From an uncultured delta proteobacterium (lineage in GTDB: Bacteria; Myxococcota_A; Polyangia; Palsa-1104), in NCBI GenBank assembly GCA_963785725.1, contig CAWAWS010000039.1:32001-96000 (forward strand): DNA of 64,000 bases, given 5' to 3'. A program made the position numbers and the translations under genes. Below, in pieces: positions 38,039-49,135 of this stretch; within the stretch, counting starts at the first letter, position 1; each line of letters opens with the position of its first letter. A model generated the notes under the pieces. That model saw only the letters and a program-made list of their open reading frames with translations. It was not told where the DNA came from and ran no database searches.

Positions 38039-39583
38039 TCAGCTGGCGGAGCCGGTGAGGAACTGCGTGATGGCCTGCGCCATGGCCGCGGCGGCCTGCT
38101 GCTGGAAGGCCGGCGTCACCAGCAGCGCCGCATCGGTCGCGTTGCGCATGTTGCCGCACTCGATGAGCACCTTGGGCACCGTCGTGAGGTTGAGACCGGC
38201 CAGGTTGTTGCGGGGCTGCAGGCCGTCGACCCCGTCGTAGGTGCTGACCGGCATGGGCGTTCCAGCGACGAACGCGTTGCGCAGCATGGCGGCGAAGGCG
38301 GCGGACGACGCGATGACGCCGTTGTTGGGGCCGTCCGCCGTCGGTTCGAGCACCGCGAAGCCCCGCCCGTTCACCGGGCCCCCGTCGGCGTGGATGTCGA
38401 CCGCGACATCGGCGTGTGCGTTGTTGATGATGGCCGCCCGCGTCGTCACGCAGGGCCCGATGCCCTGGTTGTTCGGGCGGGTCAGAACCACGGTGGCGCC
38501 CTCCGCCTGCAGGTCGCTCTCCAGGTAGGTGGCGACGTTGAAGTTGAACTGGGCCTCGGTGTACCCGCTGTCCGTCGCCGTGCCCGTGGTGTCACAGGGC
38601 TCGGTCCCGGTGCCGTTGAACACCGGCGCGTCGATGATGTCGGGCGCGGTGTAGTTCAGCCCGTTGTGACCCGGGTCGATCCCGACCACCTCGCCGGCGA
38701 GGGGCTCGGAGCCCACGGCGAGCCAGTAGCCCGCCCCACCGCCCGCGGCGGCCAGGCCCACGACGGGACCGGGCAGCGTCGTCCCGCCCAGCGACCCGAA
38801 GTAGCGCGCGTCCCCGTAGGTGAAGACGCCGCCGTCGCGCGCCACGAGCCAATAGCCGCCGCCGTCGGTGGTGGCGGCCATGCCGGTCACCGGCAGCGTT
38901 GAGCGCGAGCGAGCCGGCCGAGCCCTCGAACGATCGCGTCGCCGTAGCTGAAGATGCCGCCGTCGGAGGCGACCAGCCAGTAGCCGCCGCCGCTCGGCGT
39001 GGCCGCCATGCCGACGACCGGCGCGTTGAGCGATCAGGCTGCCGGCCGAGCCGTCGAACGACGCGTCGCCGTAGCTGAAGATGCCGCCGTCGGAGGCCAC
39101 CAGCCAGTAGCCCCCGCCGTCGTGCGTGGCCGCCATGCCCACGACCGGGGCGTTGAGCGTCAGAGTGCCGGCCGAGCCGTGGAACTGCGCGTCGCCGTAG
39201 CTGAAGATGCCGCCGTCGGAGGCCACCAGCCAGTAGCCGCCGCCGTTCGGCGTCGCGGCCATGCCGACGATCGGCGCGTTGAGGTGCAGGCTCCCCGCCG
39301 AGCCGTAGAAGTGGGCGTCGCCGTAGCTGAAGACGCCGCCGTCGGAGGCCACCAGCCAATAGCCGCCGCCGTCGGAGGTGGCGGCCAGGCCGACGATCGG
39401 CGCGTTGGCGCCCGCCACCGCGTTGGCGCCGACGGCGGTCGTGCCGAACGGCACCACCGAGTTGGCCGGGGGAGCGGCGGCGGCAGCCGGCGTCCCCGGG
39501 CCGGCCAGCGCCCTGCAGGCCAGCGCCACGAGTGGGACCAGCGCGACCAGGCCGCGCCGAGCACGGGCCCGGCCGCCGATCAC
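38039..39583 (-). CDS. N-acetylmuramoyl-L-alanine amidase (Amidase_3) with N-terminal [10 protein letters not shown] repeats (compensating frameshifts ~38890-39035)
   Basis: [26 protein letters not shown]; ~5 tandem repeats of about 40 aa; signal peptide. Confidence 0.88.
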   Translation of the reverse strand: MIGGRARARRGLVALVPLVALACRALAGPGTPAAAAAPPANSVVPFGTTAVGANAVAGANAPIVGLAATSDGGGYWLVASDGGVFSYGDAHFYGSAGSLHLNAPIVGMAATPNGGGYWLVASDGGIFSYGDAQFHGSAGTLTLNAPVVGMAATHDGGGYWLVASDGGIFSYGDASFDGSAGSLIAQRAGRRHGGHAERRRLLAGRLRRRHLQLRRRDRSRARPARSRSTLPVTGMAATTDGGGYWLVARDGGVFTYGDARYFGSLGGTTLPGPVVGLAAAGGGAGYWLAVGSEPLAGEVVGIDPGHNGLNYTAPDIIDAPVFNGTGTEPCDTTGTATDSGYTEAQFNFNVATYLESDLQAEGATVVLTRPNNQGIGPCVTTRAAIINNAHADVAVDIHADGGPVNGRGFAVLEPTADGPNNGVIASSAAFAAMLRNAFVAGTPMPVSTYDGVDGLQPRNNLAGLNLTTVPKVLIECGNMRNATDAALLVTPAFQQQAAAAMAQAITQFLTGSAS

Positions 39584-40605
39584 CCCGTGAACTCGTTCAC
39601 GGCGTCGATCAGCTGGCGCAGGCGGGCGAAGTGGAAGCGGTCGAAGCGGAAGGCGATCCGGGGCAGCTCGGGATGGTCGTTGCGCTCCGGCGGGAAGGGG
39701 CCGGCGGTGCGGATGTTGCCCCGCACCACAATGTCGGCAAAGCGCCGGTTCAGGTCGGCCAGCTCGGCCTTGCTCGGCTGCACCTGCAGCCGGAGCACCA
39801 GGAGGTCGCCCACGAAACGGATGGAGTGGTAGTTCCGGTAGAAGCCGAGGATCTCGTCGGCGGCCTCTTCGAGCGTGTTGGTCACCTTGAAGAGGGCCTG
39901 GTCCTCGGGCGAGACCCAGCCGGCGTCGATCGCCGCGTCCTGCACGAAGCGCAGCCACGCGTGCCAGTAGGTACCCCCGGGCGTCTCGACCATGACGACC
40001 GGCGCCGGCTCCGCCTTGCCCGTCTGCAGCAGGGTGAGCAGCTCGAAGGACTCGTCCTGGGTGCCGAAGCCGCCGGGCAGGACGGCGTAGGCGTGGGACT
40101 CCTTGATCAGCATGAGCTTGCGGGTGAAGAAGTAGCGCATCTCGACCAGCTTCGGGTCCTGCGCGATGAAGGGGTTGGCGTCGCCCTCGAAGGGCAGCCG
40201 GATGTTGACCCCGAAGGCATGGTCGCGCCCCGCCCCCTCCAGCCCGGCGGCCATGATGCCGGGGCCGGCCCCGGTCACCACCATCCAGTCGGCCGCCGCC
40301 AACTTGGCGGCCAGGTCGCGGGCCAGGATGTAGATCGGGTCGTCGGGCTTCGTGCGGGCCGAACCGAACATGGTGACCTTGCGGATGTGGCGGTAGGGGC
40401 GGAAGACCCGGAAGGCCTCGGCCATCTCGGCCAGGGCCGTGTTGGCGATCTTGAGGTCCCCGACCGACGTGCCCTCGCGGGCCAGGTCGCTGAGCGAGCC
40501 GATCATGTCCTGCAGCTCGCGGGCCTGCGCCGACGAGAGGTCGTGCCCGGCGAACAGGTCGTCGAAGGCGCTCTGGCGCGCTGCCTCTTCCGTGTCGTCG
40601 TTCAC
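39580..40605 (-). CDS. LOG family (TIGR00730-type) nucleotide phosphoribohydrolase
   Basis: FGSART, TGAGPGIM, YFFTRK, PGGFGTQDE. Confidence 0.9.
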   Translation of the reverse strand: MNDDTEEAARQSAFDDLFAGHDLSSAQARELQDMIGSLSDLAREGTSVGDLKIANTALAEMAEAFRVFRPYRHIRKVTMFGSARTKPDDPIYILARDLAAKLAAADWMVVTGAGPGIMAAGLEGAGRDHAFGVNIRLPFEGDANPFIAQDPKLVEMRYFFTRKLMLIKESHAYAVLPGGFGTQDESFELLTLLQTGKAEPAPVVMVETPGGTYWHAWLRFVQDAAIDAGWVSPEDQALFKVTNTLEEAADEILGFYRNYHSIRFVGDLLVLRLQVQPSKAELADLNRRFADIVVRGNIRTAGPFPPERNDHPELPRIAFRFDRFHFARLRQLIDAVNEFTG

Positions 40606-42908
40606 GCGCCGGCCAGCGCGTACAGGGTGGAGCGCTGCACCAGGGGCCGCCCGATCGGCGCCACGATGGCCTCGAGCTCCTCGACGCCCATGCGCTGCCC
40701 GTGCTGCGCGCCCGCCGCCCGCGAGATGTTCTCGTCCATCAGCGTCCCGCCCAGGTCGTTGGCCCCGGCCCGCAGCAGCTGGCGCGCGCCCTCGGCGCCC
40801 AGCTTGACCCAGCTCACCTGAATGTTGTCGATGTCGCCCGCGTAGGCGATGCGCGCCACCGCGTGCATCAGCACGGTCTCGCGGAAGGTCGGTCCGCGCC
40901 GCGCCTTGCTTCTGGAGGTAGATCGGTGTGGCCATGTGCACGAAGGGGAGCGGGACGAACTCGGTGAAGCCGCCGGTCTCGCGCTGCAGGGCCCGGGTGC
41001 GCACGATGTGACGGGCCCAGCTCACCGGCTGCTCGACCGAGCCGAACATGATGGTGATGTTGGAGCGCAGTCCCACGCTGTGCGCGGTGCGGTGCGCCTC
41101 CAGCCACTCCTCGGTGTTGATCTTGTCGGGGCAGATGAGGGCGCGCACGTCGTCGTCGAGGATCTCGGCCGCCGTGCCCGGCAGCGTCTTGAGGCCGGCC
41201 TCCTTCAGGCGGGTGAGGTACTCCGCCAGCGGGACCTCGGAGCGGCGCGCCCCCTCGGTCACCTCCAACGCGGTGAAGCCGTGGATGTGGATGTCGGGCG
41301 AGCCCGCCCGCACCGCCTCGAGCACGTGCAGGTAGTAGTCGCCGTCGAAGTTGGGGTGGATGCCGCCCTGCAGGCAGACCTCTGTGGCTCCCTCGTCCAC
41401 GGCCTCGACCACGCGCCGCGTGATCTCGTCGAGCTCCAGCAGGTAGGGCGCGCCGCGCAGGTTGAGCGAGAGCGGCCCCTTCGAGAAGGCGCAGAAGCGG
41501 CACTTGAACGTGCAGACGTTCGTGTAGTTGATGTTGCGGTTGCGCACGAAGGTCACGTCGTCGCCGGCGATCCGGCGGCGCAGGTCGTCGGCGACCTCGG
41601 CCACCAGGCGCACCTCGGGCCCGCGGGCGCCGAAGAGCGTGACGATCTCCGCCTCGCCCATCTCCTGACCCAGGGCCACGCCCGCCAGCACCTCGGCCAC
41701 GGCGCCGCCGCCGGCGGCGGCACGGATTTTCCAGCGGCACTGCTTCCGGCCGCGGCACGCGGCGCTGCGGTCGCGTCGAGCAGCGGCGGAGGGGGCTCCC
41801 CGCCCCCCGAGCACCACGACGTGTCGCGGGCCAGCCCCTCGGCGTCGGAGGCATCCAGGACCGGGAAGCGCAGCGCCGGGTCGAGCCAGCGCTCAGGGTC
41901 GAGGGCGAAGCTGGGATACACGGTGAGGCGGGGCGCCAGCGTGTGGCCGGCCACCTCGGTCGCCTCGCGCAGGATGTCGAGCGCCGGCCAGGCCCGCTCG
42001 GGGTTCACGTGGTCGGCGGTGACGGGCGACACGCCGCCCCAGTCGTCGATGCCGGCGTCGAGCAGCGGGGCCAGCTGGTCGGAGAGGTTCGGAGGAGCCT
42101 GCACGTGGATCTCGGGCGGCAGGACCAGGCGGGCCGCCGCAATGGCCCACTGCAGGTCCTCGGGGGGGCAGGGCTCGGCCCGGAACATGGCCGTGCCGGG
42201 CTTGGGCAGGAAGTTCTGCACAATGACCTCCTGCACGTGCCCGTGGCGGGCGTGCGACTCGGCGATGGCGTGCAGGGCAGCCAGCTGATCCGTCCGCGTG
42301 TCGCCGATGCCGACGAGGATGCCGGTGGTGAAGGGGATGGCCAGCTCGCCGGCGAACTCCAGAGTGGCCAGGCGCCGGGCCGGCTCCTTGTCGGGCGACC
42401 CGCGGTGCGCGTCCAGGCCCTCGGCCAGCGACTCGAGCATCATGCCCTGGCTCGCCGCCACGGGCCGCAAGGCCGCGAGCTCGGTGGCGTCGAGCGCCCC
42501 GGCGTTGGCGTGGGGGAGCAGGCCGGTCTCCTCGGCGACGAGGCGGCACATCGCCGCGAGGTAGTCCACCGTCGAGGCGTAGCCCTGACCGGCGAGCCAC
42601 TCCGCCGCGACGGGGTAGCGCAGCTCGGGCCGCTCGCCCAGCGTGAAGAGGGCCTCGTGGCAGCCCGCCGCCTGGCCGGCCTCGGCGATGGCCAGCACCT
42701 CCTCGGGCAGGAGATAGGGCGCGGTGACGCGGGCCGGCGCCTTGGCGAAGGTGCAGTAGCCGCACTTGTCCCGGCACAGCATGGTCAGCGGGATGAAGAC
42801 CTTGGGCGAGAAGGTGACCCGCCGCCCGTGGGCGCCGTCGCGCACGACGCGGGCGAGCGCGGTCAGGTCCTCGAGGGGCAGGCGCAGAAGATCGGCGTCG
42901 GAGAGCAT
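40602..42908 (-). CDS. fbiC: Bifunctional FO synthase (CofG+CofH fusion, two radical-SAM domains); frameshifts ~41700 and ~40905
   Basis: CRDKCGYC and CTFKCRFC motifs; DDWGGVSPVT.DHVNPE; GANDLGGTLMDENISRAAG. Confidence 0.92.
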
Positions 42909-42918
42909 TGAGGCCAAT

Positions 42919-43593
42919 CTAGGGGGAGTCGGCCGCGGCGCCGTCGACCAGCCACAACGTCCGCCCGGCATGGACGCGGGCGGCAGGCAGGTCATCGCCG
43001 CGTTCGAGCGCGGCCACCGCGGGGGCCTTCGACGCCCCGGCCACCGTGAAGACGGCGAGCCGGGCCGAATTGATCGCCGCCAGGGTCAGGGTCAGCCGGG
43101 GGTGCGGGTTGACGCCGTTGGGGTCCTCGGTCGCCAGGACCAGCACGCCCGGCTCGGCCTCCAAGGTCGGGGCGTTGGGAAAGAGCGACGCCGTGTGGCC
43201 GTCCGGGCCCATGCCCAAGTGGATCAGGTCGATCCCCGGCCCGGTCACGAGGTCCGACATGGTGTGCTGGTACGCCTCGACGCACTCGTCCACCGGCCCG
43301 ACCGTCGGCATGGGCGAGAAGGACCCGACCCCGCCCACCGGGTCGATGAGGGTCTCCCGTATCAGCCGCTGGTTGGCGTCGACGTCGTCGGGCGGGACGA
43401 TGCGCTCGTCCCCGACGAGAATGTCCACGACGCCCCAGTCGATGCCGTCCGTCTTCGCCAGACGCTCGTAGCACAGCTCGGCCGTCGGGCCGCCGGAGAG
43501 CACCAGGGCGAAGCGCGGCCCGGGGCGCGCCGCGAAGGCCTCGCGTACAGCGTCGCAGAAGGCGCGGGGGACGTCGTCGACGGGGGTGATCAC
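42919..43593 (-). CDS. pgl: 6-phosphogluconolactonase
   Basis: LSGGPT, GDERIVP, LGMGPDGHTASLFP. Confidence 0.92.
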   Translation of the reverse strand: MITPVDDVPRAFCDAVREAFAARPGPRFALVLSGGPTAELCYERLAKTDGIDWGVVDILVGDERIVPPDDVDANQRLIRETLIDPVGGVGSFSPMPTVGPVDECVEAYQHTMSDLVTGPGIDLIHLGMGPDGHTASLFPNAPTLEAEPGVLVLATEDPNGVNPHPRLTLTLAAINSARLAVFTVAGASKAPAVAALERGDDLPAARVHAGRTLWLVDGAAADSP

Positions 43594-43595
43594 GG

Positions 43596-44534
43596 CTACG
43601 GGGTGGGGGTCTCGGTCTCCAAGCCCTGCTGGCCCGATTCGAGCGTCACGGCATGGCCACCGAACTGGTTCCGCAGGGCGGCGAGCATCTTCAACTGGAG
43701 CGAGTCGGGCTCCTGCGAGGCGAAACGCGTGAAGAGCGAGGTGGCGATCACCGGTGCCGGCACGCCCCGGTCGATGGCCTCCTGCGCCGTCCAGCGGCCC
43801 TCACCCGAATCGACGACCACGCCCTTGATCTCGTCGAAGCCTGCGCCGGGCCGCAGCGCCCGCTCGGCCAGGTCGAGCAGCCAGCTGCGCACGACCGAGC
43901 CGTAGCGCCAGATGGAGGCGATCTCGTGCAGGTCGAGGTCGAACTCGTCGGCCTTGCTCATGATCTCGAAACCCTCGGCGTAGGCCTGCATGAGCCCGTA
44001 CTCGACGCCGTTGTGCACCATCTTGACGAAGTGCCCCGCGCCGACCGGGCCCACGTGGGCGTAGCCGCCCTCGGGCGCGAGCGTCAGCAGGGCGGGCTCG
44101 ACGACGGCCACCGCCTCGTCCGTGCCGCCGACCATGAGGCAGTAGCCCTCCGTCAGGCCCCAGACGCCGCCCGACGTGCCGGCGTCGACGAAGCCGACCC
44201 CGGTGCTCTCGAGCCTGTCGGCGAGCGCCTTCCACTCCTTGTAGTTGGAGTTCCCGCCGTCGACGATGACGTCGCCCTTCGAGAACAGGCCGGTCAGCTC
44301 CTCGACGGTCGAATCCGTGATGTGGCCGGCGGGCAGCATGACCCAGACCGCCCGGGGGGAGTCGAGCTTCTTCGCCAGGTCGGCCAGGCTCGTGGACGCC
44401 TCCGCGCCCTTGCTCGCGGCCGCCTTCACGGCCTCGGCGCTCAGGTCGTAGGCCACCACCTCGTGCCCGCCCTTGAGCAGGCGCTCGGTCATGTTGGCGC
44501 CCATCTTGCCCAGTCCGATCATGCCGATCTTCAT
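43596..44534 (-). CDS. gnd: 6-phosphogluconate dehydrogenase (short form)
   Basis: GLGKMG, DAGTSGG, GHFVKMVHNGVEYG, LRNQFGGH. Confidence 0.95.
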   Translation of the reverse strand: MKIGMIGLGKMGANMTERLLKGGHEVVAYDLSAEAVKAAASKGAEASTSLADLAKKLDSPRAVWVMLPAGHITDSTVEELTGLFSKGDVIVDGGNSNYKEWKALADRLESTGVGFVDAGTSGGVWGLTEGYCLMVGGTDEAVAVVEPALLTLAPEGGYAHVGPVGAGHFVKMVHNGVEYGLMQAYAEGFEIMSKADEFDLDLHEIASIWRYGSVVRSWLLDLAERALRPGAGFDEIKGVVVDSGEGRWTAQEAIDRGVPAPVIATSLFTRFASQEPDSLQLKMLAALRNQFGGHAVTLESGQQGLETETPTP

Positions 44535-44575
44535 GCGCGCTCCTCTCGGTTGTCCAAGGAAATTGTGTGGCCGGC

Positions 44576-45692
44576 TCAGAAGGTAGCGGCTTTGTCGGTC
44601 AGCGACTGCAGGAGCTCGTCGAACGACTTGGCGAAGGAGGCGACGCCTTCGTTCTCGAGCGTCTGCTCCACATCGAGCATGTCGATGCCGGCGTCGGCCA
44701 GTTGCGCCAGCGCGTTGGCCGCCGCGTCGGGATCGGCGTCCGCCGTCCGCTTCAGCGTGCCGTGGTCCTCGAAGTCGCGCAGCGTCTGCTCCGGCATGGT
44801 GTTCACCGTGGCCGGCCCGATCAGGCTGTCGACGTAGAGCACGTCGGAGTAGGCCGGGTTCTTGGTCGAGGTCGACGCCCACAGCGGCCGCTGGACGCGC
44901 GCGCCCTTGTCCCGCAGCGCCTCCCAGCGCTCGCCCGTGAACGTGCGGTGGAAGTGTTGGTAGGCGCTCTGGGCCTGGGCCACCGCGGCGGTGCCGCGCA
45001 GGCCGAGGACGGCGGCGTCACCCTTGTCGCCGCCGGCGAGGGTCTCCAGGCGGCGGTCGACCTCGGTGTCGATCCGGCTGACGAAGAAGGAGGCCACGCT
45101 GGCCACCTTGGACAGCTCGTCGCCCCGGCCGGCCGCGACCAGGGCCTCGAGGCCCAACAGGTAGGCCTCCATGACCTCGTCGTAGCGGTCGAGCCCGAAG
45201 ATCAGCGTCACGTTGATGCTGTGGCCCTCGCCGATCAGGGTCTGAATGGCCGGGACACCCTCCTTCGTGGCGGGCACCTTGACGAGGAGGTTGGGCTGGG
45301 CGATGCGCGCGTGCAGGTCGCGGGCCGCCTTGAGCGTCTTGTCGGTGTCGTGGGCCAGCGCCGGGGAGACCTCCAGCGAGACGTAGCCGTCCTCGCGGTC
45401 GCTCTCGTCGTAGAGCGGCCGCAGCAGGGCGAGCGCGCTCTCGAATGTCCGTGATGGCCATCTCCCAATAGGCGGCGTCGACCGTGTGATCCTTCATCAG
45501 CGCGCGGAACTGGTCGTCGTAGGTGTCCTGCCCGCTGATGGCCTTGGCCAAGATGGTCGGGTTGGACGTGATGCCGCGTATCCCGAGCTTCAGCAGGTCC
45601 GCCAGCTGGCCGTCCTGGAGCCAGTCCCGGCGCAGGTTGTCGAGCCAGGGGCTCTGGCCACCGATCTCGTAGAGCTCCTGCAGTCGGGTCAT
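44576..45692 (-). CDS. tal: Transaldolase (frameshift ~45440)
   Basis: QSPWLDNL, GITSNPTI, INVTLIF, SVASFFVSR, LWASTSTKNP. Confidence 0.95.
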
Positions 45693-45726
45693 CGGAACAG
45701 CTCCCTTCGTCGTGTCTCGTGTCGCA

Positions 45727-47750
45727 TCAGCCACGCCCGGGCGGCCAGCAGGGCCCGGGCCCGCTCGACCACGTGCTCGGCGGTGAAGCCGAACTTCTCC
45801 ATGGCGACGTCGCCCGGGCGCCGACGCGCCGAAGCGGTCGATCCCGATGGAGTCGTCGGCGTAGCGCTCCCAGCCGAAGGTGGCGCCGGCCTCGACGCTC
45901 AGCACCGGCACGCCGGGCGGGAACACCGTGGCGCGGTAGTCCTCGGGCTGCCGCGCGAAGTGGTCCCACGACGGGAAGGACACCACCTGCGCCTGCACGC
46001 CCGACTCGGCCAGGGTCGTGGCGGCCGCCACGCAGAGCTGCACCTCGCTCCCGGTGCCGACCAGCACGATCCGGGGCGGCCCGTCGCTGTCGACCAGGAC
46101 GTAGGCGCCCTTGGCCACGCCCGCGGGGGCCCGTTCGGCCGTGGCGTCCAGCACGGGGACGTTCTGGCGGGTCAGCACGAGCCCGACCGGTCCGTCGGCC
46201 TCGACGGCGATGCGCCAGGCCTGTGCCGTCTCGTTGGCGTCGGCCGGGCGCACGAGGCTGAGGCCGGGCATGGCCCGCAGCGAGGCCAGGTGCTCGATCG
46301 GCTGGTGCGTCGGCCCGTCCTCGCCCAGGCCGATGGAGTCGTGCGTCCACGAATAGATCACGTGGGTGCCCGTCAGGGAGGCGAGCCGGACGGACGGGCG
46401 CATGTAGTCGGAGAAGCAGAAGAACGTCCCGCCGACCGGCAGCACGCCGCGGTGTTGCGCCATGCCGTTCATGGCCGCCGCCATGGCGTGCTCGCGGATC
46501 CCGTAGTGGACCTGGATCCCCTCGGGGGTCTGGCGCGACTGCATCTCGGCGCCCTTGACCTTCACGCCGTTGTTGCCCGTGAGGTCGGCCGAGCCGGCCA
46601 GCAGGCCCGGCAGCTTGGCCGCGGTGGCGTCGATGCACTGGTTGATGGCGTGGCGGGTGGCCAGCTGGGTGCCGGCGTCGAAGCTCGGCAGGCCGTCGGC
46701 CCAGCCCGGCAACCCGCGCCCGGCCTGCGCGGCGTCCCAGGCGGCGCGGTCGCCCTTCCAGGCGGCGAAGCGCTCGGTCCACTCGGCGTGGCGCTCGGCG
46801 CCCCGGGCGATCTGCTGGCCGTAGAAGTCGCGCACCTCGTCGGGGACCCAGAAGGTCTGGTCGGCCGGCAGGCCGAGGAGCTTCTTGGTGACCTCGATCT
46901 CCTCGGCGCCGAAGGGCGAGCCGTGGGCGGCCGCGGTGTCGGTCAGCTTCGGCGACGGCCACCCGATGTGGCTGCGCAGCACCAGGAGGGTCGGCTTGGC
47001 GTCGGGGGTGTCGGCCGGCTCCTCGAGCGCCTCCCGGATGGCGGCCTCCAACGCGTCGACGTCGTTGGCCATTTCGCCCAGGTTGCGCACGCGCCAGCCG
47101 TAGGCCGCGAAGCGCTCGGGCACGTTGTCGTTGTAGGCCAGCTCGGTCGGCCCGTCGATGGTGATGTGGTTGTCGTCGTAGAACGCGAGGAGGCGCCCCA
47201 GGCCGAGGTGTCCCGCCAGCGACGCGGCCTCGTGCGAGATCCCCTCCATGAAGCAGCCGTCGCCGGCGATGACGTAGGTGCGGTGGTCGCAGACCTCGCT
47301 GCCGAAGGTGGTGCGCAACCAGCGCTCGGCGAGCGCCATGCCCACCGCGTCGCCGACGCCCTGACCCAAGCGGCCCGGTGGTGACGTCGATCCCGGCCGT
47401 GTGGCCGGCCTCGGGGTGCCCGGGCGTCCGGCTGCCCCACTGGCGGAACTGGCGCAGGTCCTCGAGCGACAGGTCGTACCCGGTCAGGTGCAGCATGGAG
47501 TACTGCAGGATGCAGGCGTGCCCGTTGGAGAGGATGAAGCGGTCGTGGTCGGGCCACTCGGGGTCGCGCGGGTCGTAGTTCATGATCCGCGTCCACAGGA
47601 CGTGGGCCAGAGGGGCCAGGGCCATCGCCGTGCCGGGGTGCCCGGAGTTGGCCTGCTCGGGCGCGTCCATGGCGAGCCACGGATCACGTTGATGCCGAGC
47701 TCCACCAACCGGGGGTCCTGCACGACCGGTGTCGATGTCTGCAACGCCAT
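45727..47750 (-). CDS. tkt: Transketolase (frameshifts ~47675, ~47370, ~45815)
   Basis: ANSGHPG, LSNGH, TTGPLG, GDGCFMEG, GIREHAM, THDSIGLGEDGPTHQP. Confidence 0.95.
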
Positions 47751-47812
47751 GGTCAGACCCTAACCCTCCCTCTCAGCCGGCCGGAAGGGGCCGTCACCTA
47801 CTCTTCACGTTC

Positions 47813-48229
47813 ATGGCTTCCCGCATGCAGGTGCCCCCAAACAGCGACTTGACCCTGGGCATGACGTGCGTCGACAAGTCCACCCCGGGCCGGTGCATCT
47901 GGCGGATGCGGGCGGACGAGCGCTTCGCCAATCCGGCCGGGATCATGCAAGGGGGCTTCCTCGGCGCCTTCGCCGACTCCTCCATGGGCGCCGCCGCCGT
48001 CACCTACGCCGAGGGCCGCCGCGTCTTCTGCTCCAACGCCGAGATGAAGATCAGCTTCCTGGGCGCCGTCCCACCGGGCGCCGACCTCACCTGCACCGCC
48101 GAGGTGGTCTCCGGCGGGCGCCGGGTGGCCTTCGTGGAGGCCAGCGTCACCGCCGTTGTCGAGGGCCAGGAGGGGGAGCGGCTGGTGGCCCGGGCCACGT
48201 CGACCTACATCTACAAGGACCGCGACTGA
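47813..48229 (+). CDS. PaaI-family thioesterase (hotdog fold)
   Basis: NPAGIMQGG....FAD..MG, EMKISFL. Confidence 0.85.
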   Translation: MASRMQVPPNSDLTLGMTCVDKSTPGRCIWRMRADERFANPAGIMQGGFLGAFADSSMGAAAVTYAEGRRVFCSNAEMKISFLGAVPPGADLTCTAEVVSGGRRVAFVEASVTAVVEGQEGERLVARATSTYIYKDRD

Positions 48230-48289
48230 GGCACCGGGCCGGGCCGGTGTTTGCATAGGACCGGCCCAGAGACCAGGATTGTGCGTCTC

Positions 48290-48682
48290 ATGGCACCATC
48301 GGCGGACAACGGCAGTCACGGACTGCGCCACGCGGGAGACGACGCCTTCCAGCTCACGGTCGACTACCTCAAGCAGGAGGTGGTCGAGCCGCTGCGGGGT
48401 CTGGGCCGCTTCCTCTACATGGGGATCGCCGGCTCCTTCTTCTTGGCCTTCGGGCTCCTGCTCATTCTGCTCGGGGTGTTGCGCCTCCTGCAGACGGAGA
48501 CCGGCACGGCCCTGGAAGGGGACTGGTCGTGGGTGCCGTACGCGGTGGTGGTCGTGCTGGGCATCGCCGTGATCGGCGTGGCCGCACTGCGCATTCAGTC
48601 GGGGCCGGGACAGCGCAAGCTGCCCGAGGTCATCGCCCGGCGCGAGTCGAGAGAGATCGAAGCACAGGAGGGAGCGAGCTGA
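48290..48682 (+). CDS. Two-TM membrane protein (actinobacterial holin-like/YqjE-like)
   Basis: DYLKQE..EPL..LGR followed by two TM helices. Confidence 0.6.
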   Translation: MAPSADNGSHGLRHAGDDAFQLTVDYLKQEVVEPLRGLGRFLYMGIAGSFFLAFGLLLILLGVLRLLQTETGTALEGDWSWVPYAVVVVLGIAVIGVAALRIQSGPGQRKLPEVIARRESREIEAQEGAS

Positions 48683-48915
48683 TGGCAGGCACGACCACGA
48701 GGGCGGGCAGCAACGGGCGCCTCATCACGCGGGAAGACCTGCAGGCCGCCTACTCACAGGTGATGGGCGAGGGCGAGGCCACGGCCCGCGCCGCCGCGCC
48801 CCGGGGCCTGGCCGTCGCCGGCGCCGTCGGCATTCTGCTCCTGACGCTGGCCTTCCTGGCCGGCCGCCGTCGCGGCCGGGCCAAGTCCGCCGTCGTCGAG
48901 ATCCGGCGGCTCTGA
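48682..48915 (+). CDS. Small membrane-anchored hypothetical protein
   Basis: ATG overlaps the previous stop; one TM helix, ends VEIRRL. Confidence 0.6.
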   Translation: MAGTTTRAGSNGRLITREDLQAAYSQVMGEGEATARAAAPRGLAVAGAVGILLLTLAFLAGRRRGRAKSAVVEIRRL

Positions 48916-48916
48916 G

Positions 48917-49130
48917 GTGGACCTGCTGCTGCGGCGTTTCCTGCGCGCCGGGATCCGACGCGGCGTGGCGGGGAACTGGTACTGGTTCCTGCTCGCCGGG
49001 GCCACCTTCTTCCTCCGCCGCACCTTGAACGACCGGTCCAGCCCGGTGTCGAGCGTGACCGTGAAGCCGGGTGAGCAGGTGCTCATCACGGTGCGCGACC
49101 GCAACACTCCCTCCCGCCACCGAAGCCTGA
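48917..49130 (+). CDS. Small hypothetical protein (in frame with trmI in this sequence)
   Basis: MDLLLRRFLRAGIRRG...VKPGEQVLITV; TGA at 49128-49130 in an adjacent frame just before the trmI GTG. Confidence 0.45.
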
Positions 49131-49135
49131 GGCCC

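Noticed and set aside
39580..41817. 745-aa CofH-LOG fusion in the ORF track
   Set aside because: A frameshift near 40905 moves the true CofH C-terminus into ORF 40602..40874; LOG has its own GTG at 40605.
45018..47369. Transketolase-transaldolase fusion ORF
   Set aside because: Caused by frameshifts near 45815 and 45440; tal has its own RBS and ATG at 45692.
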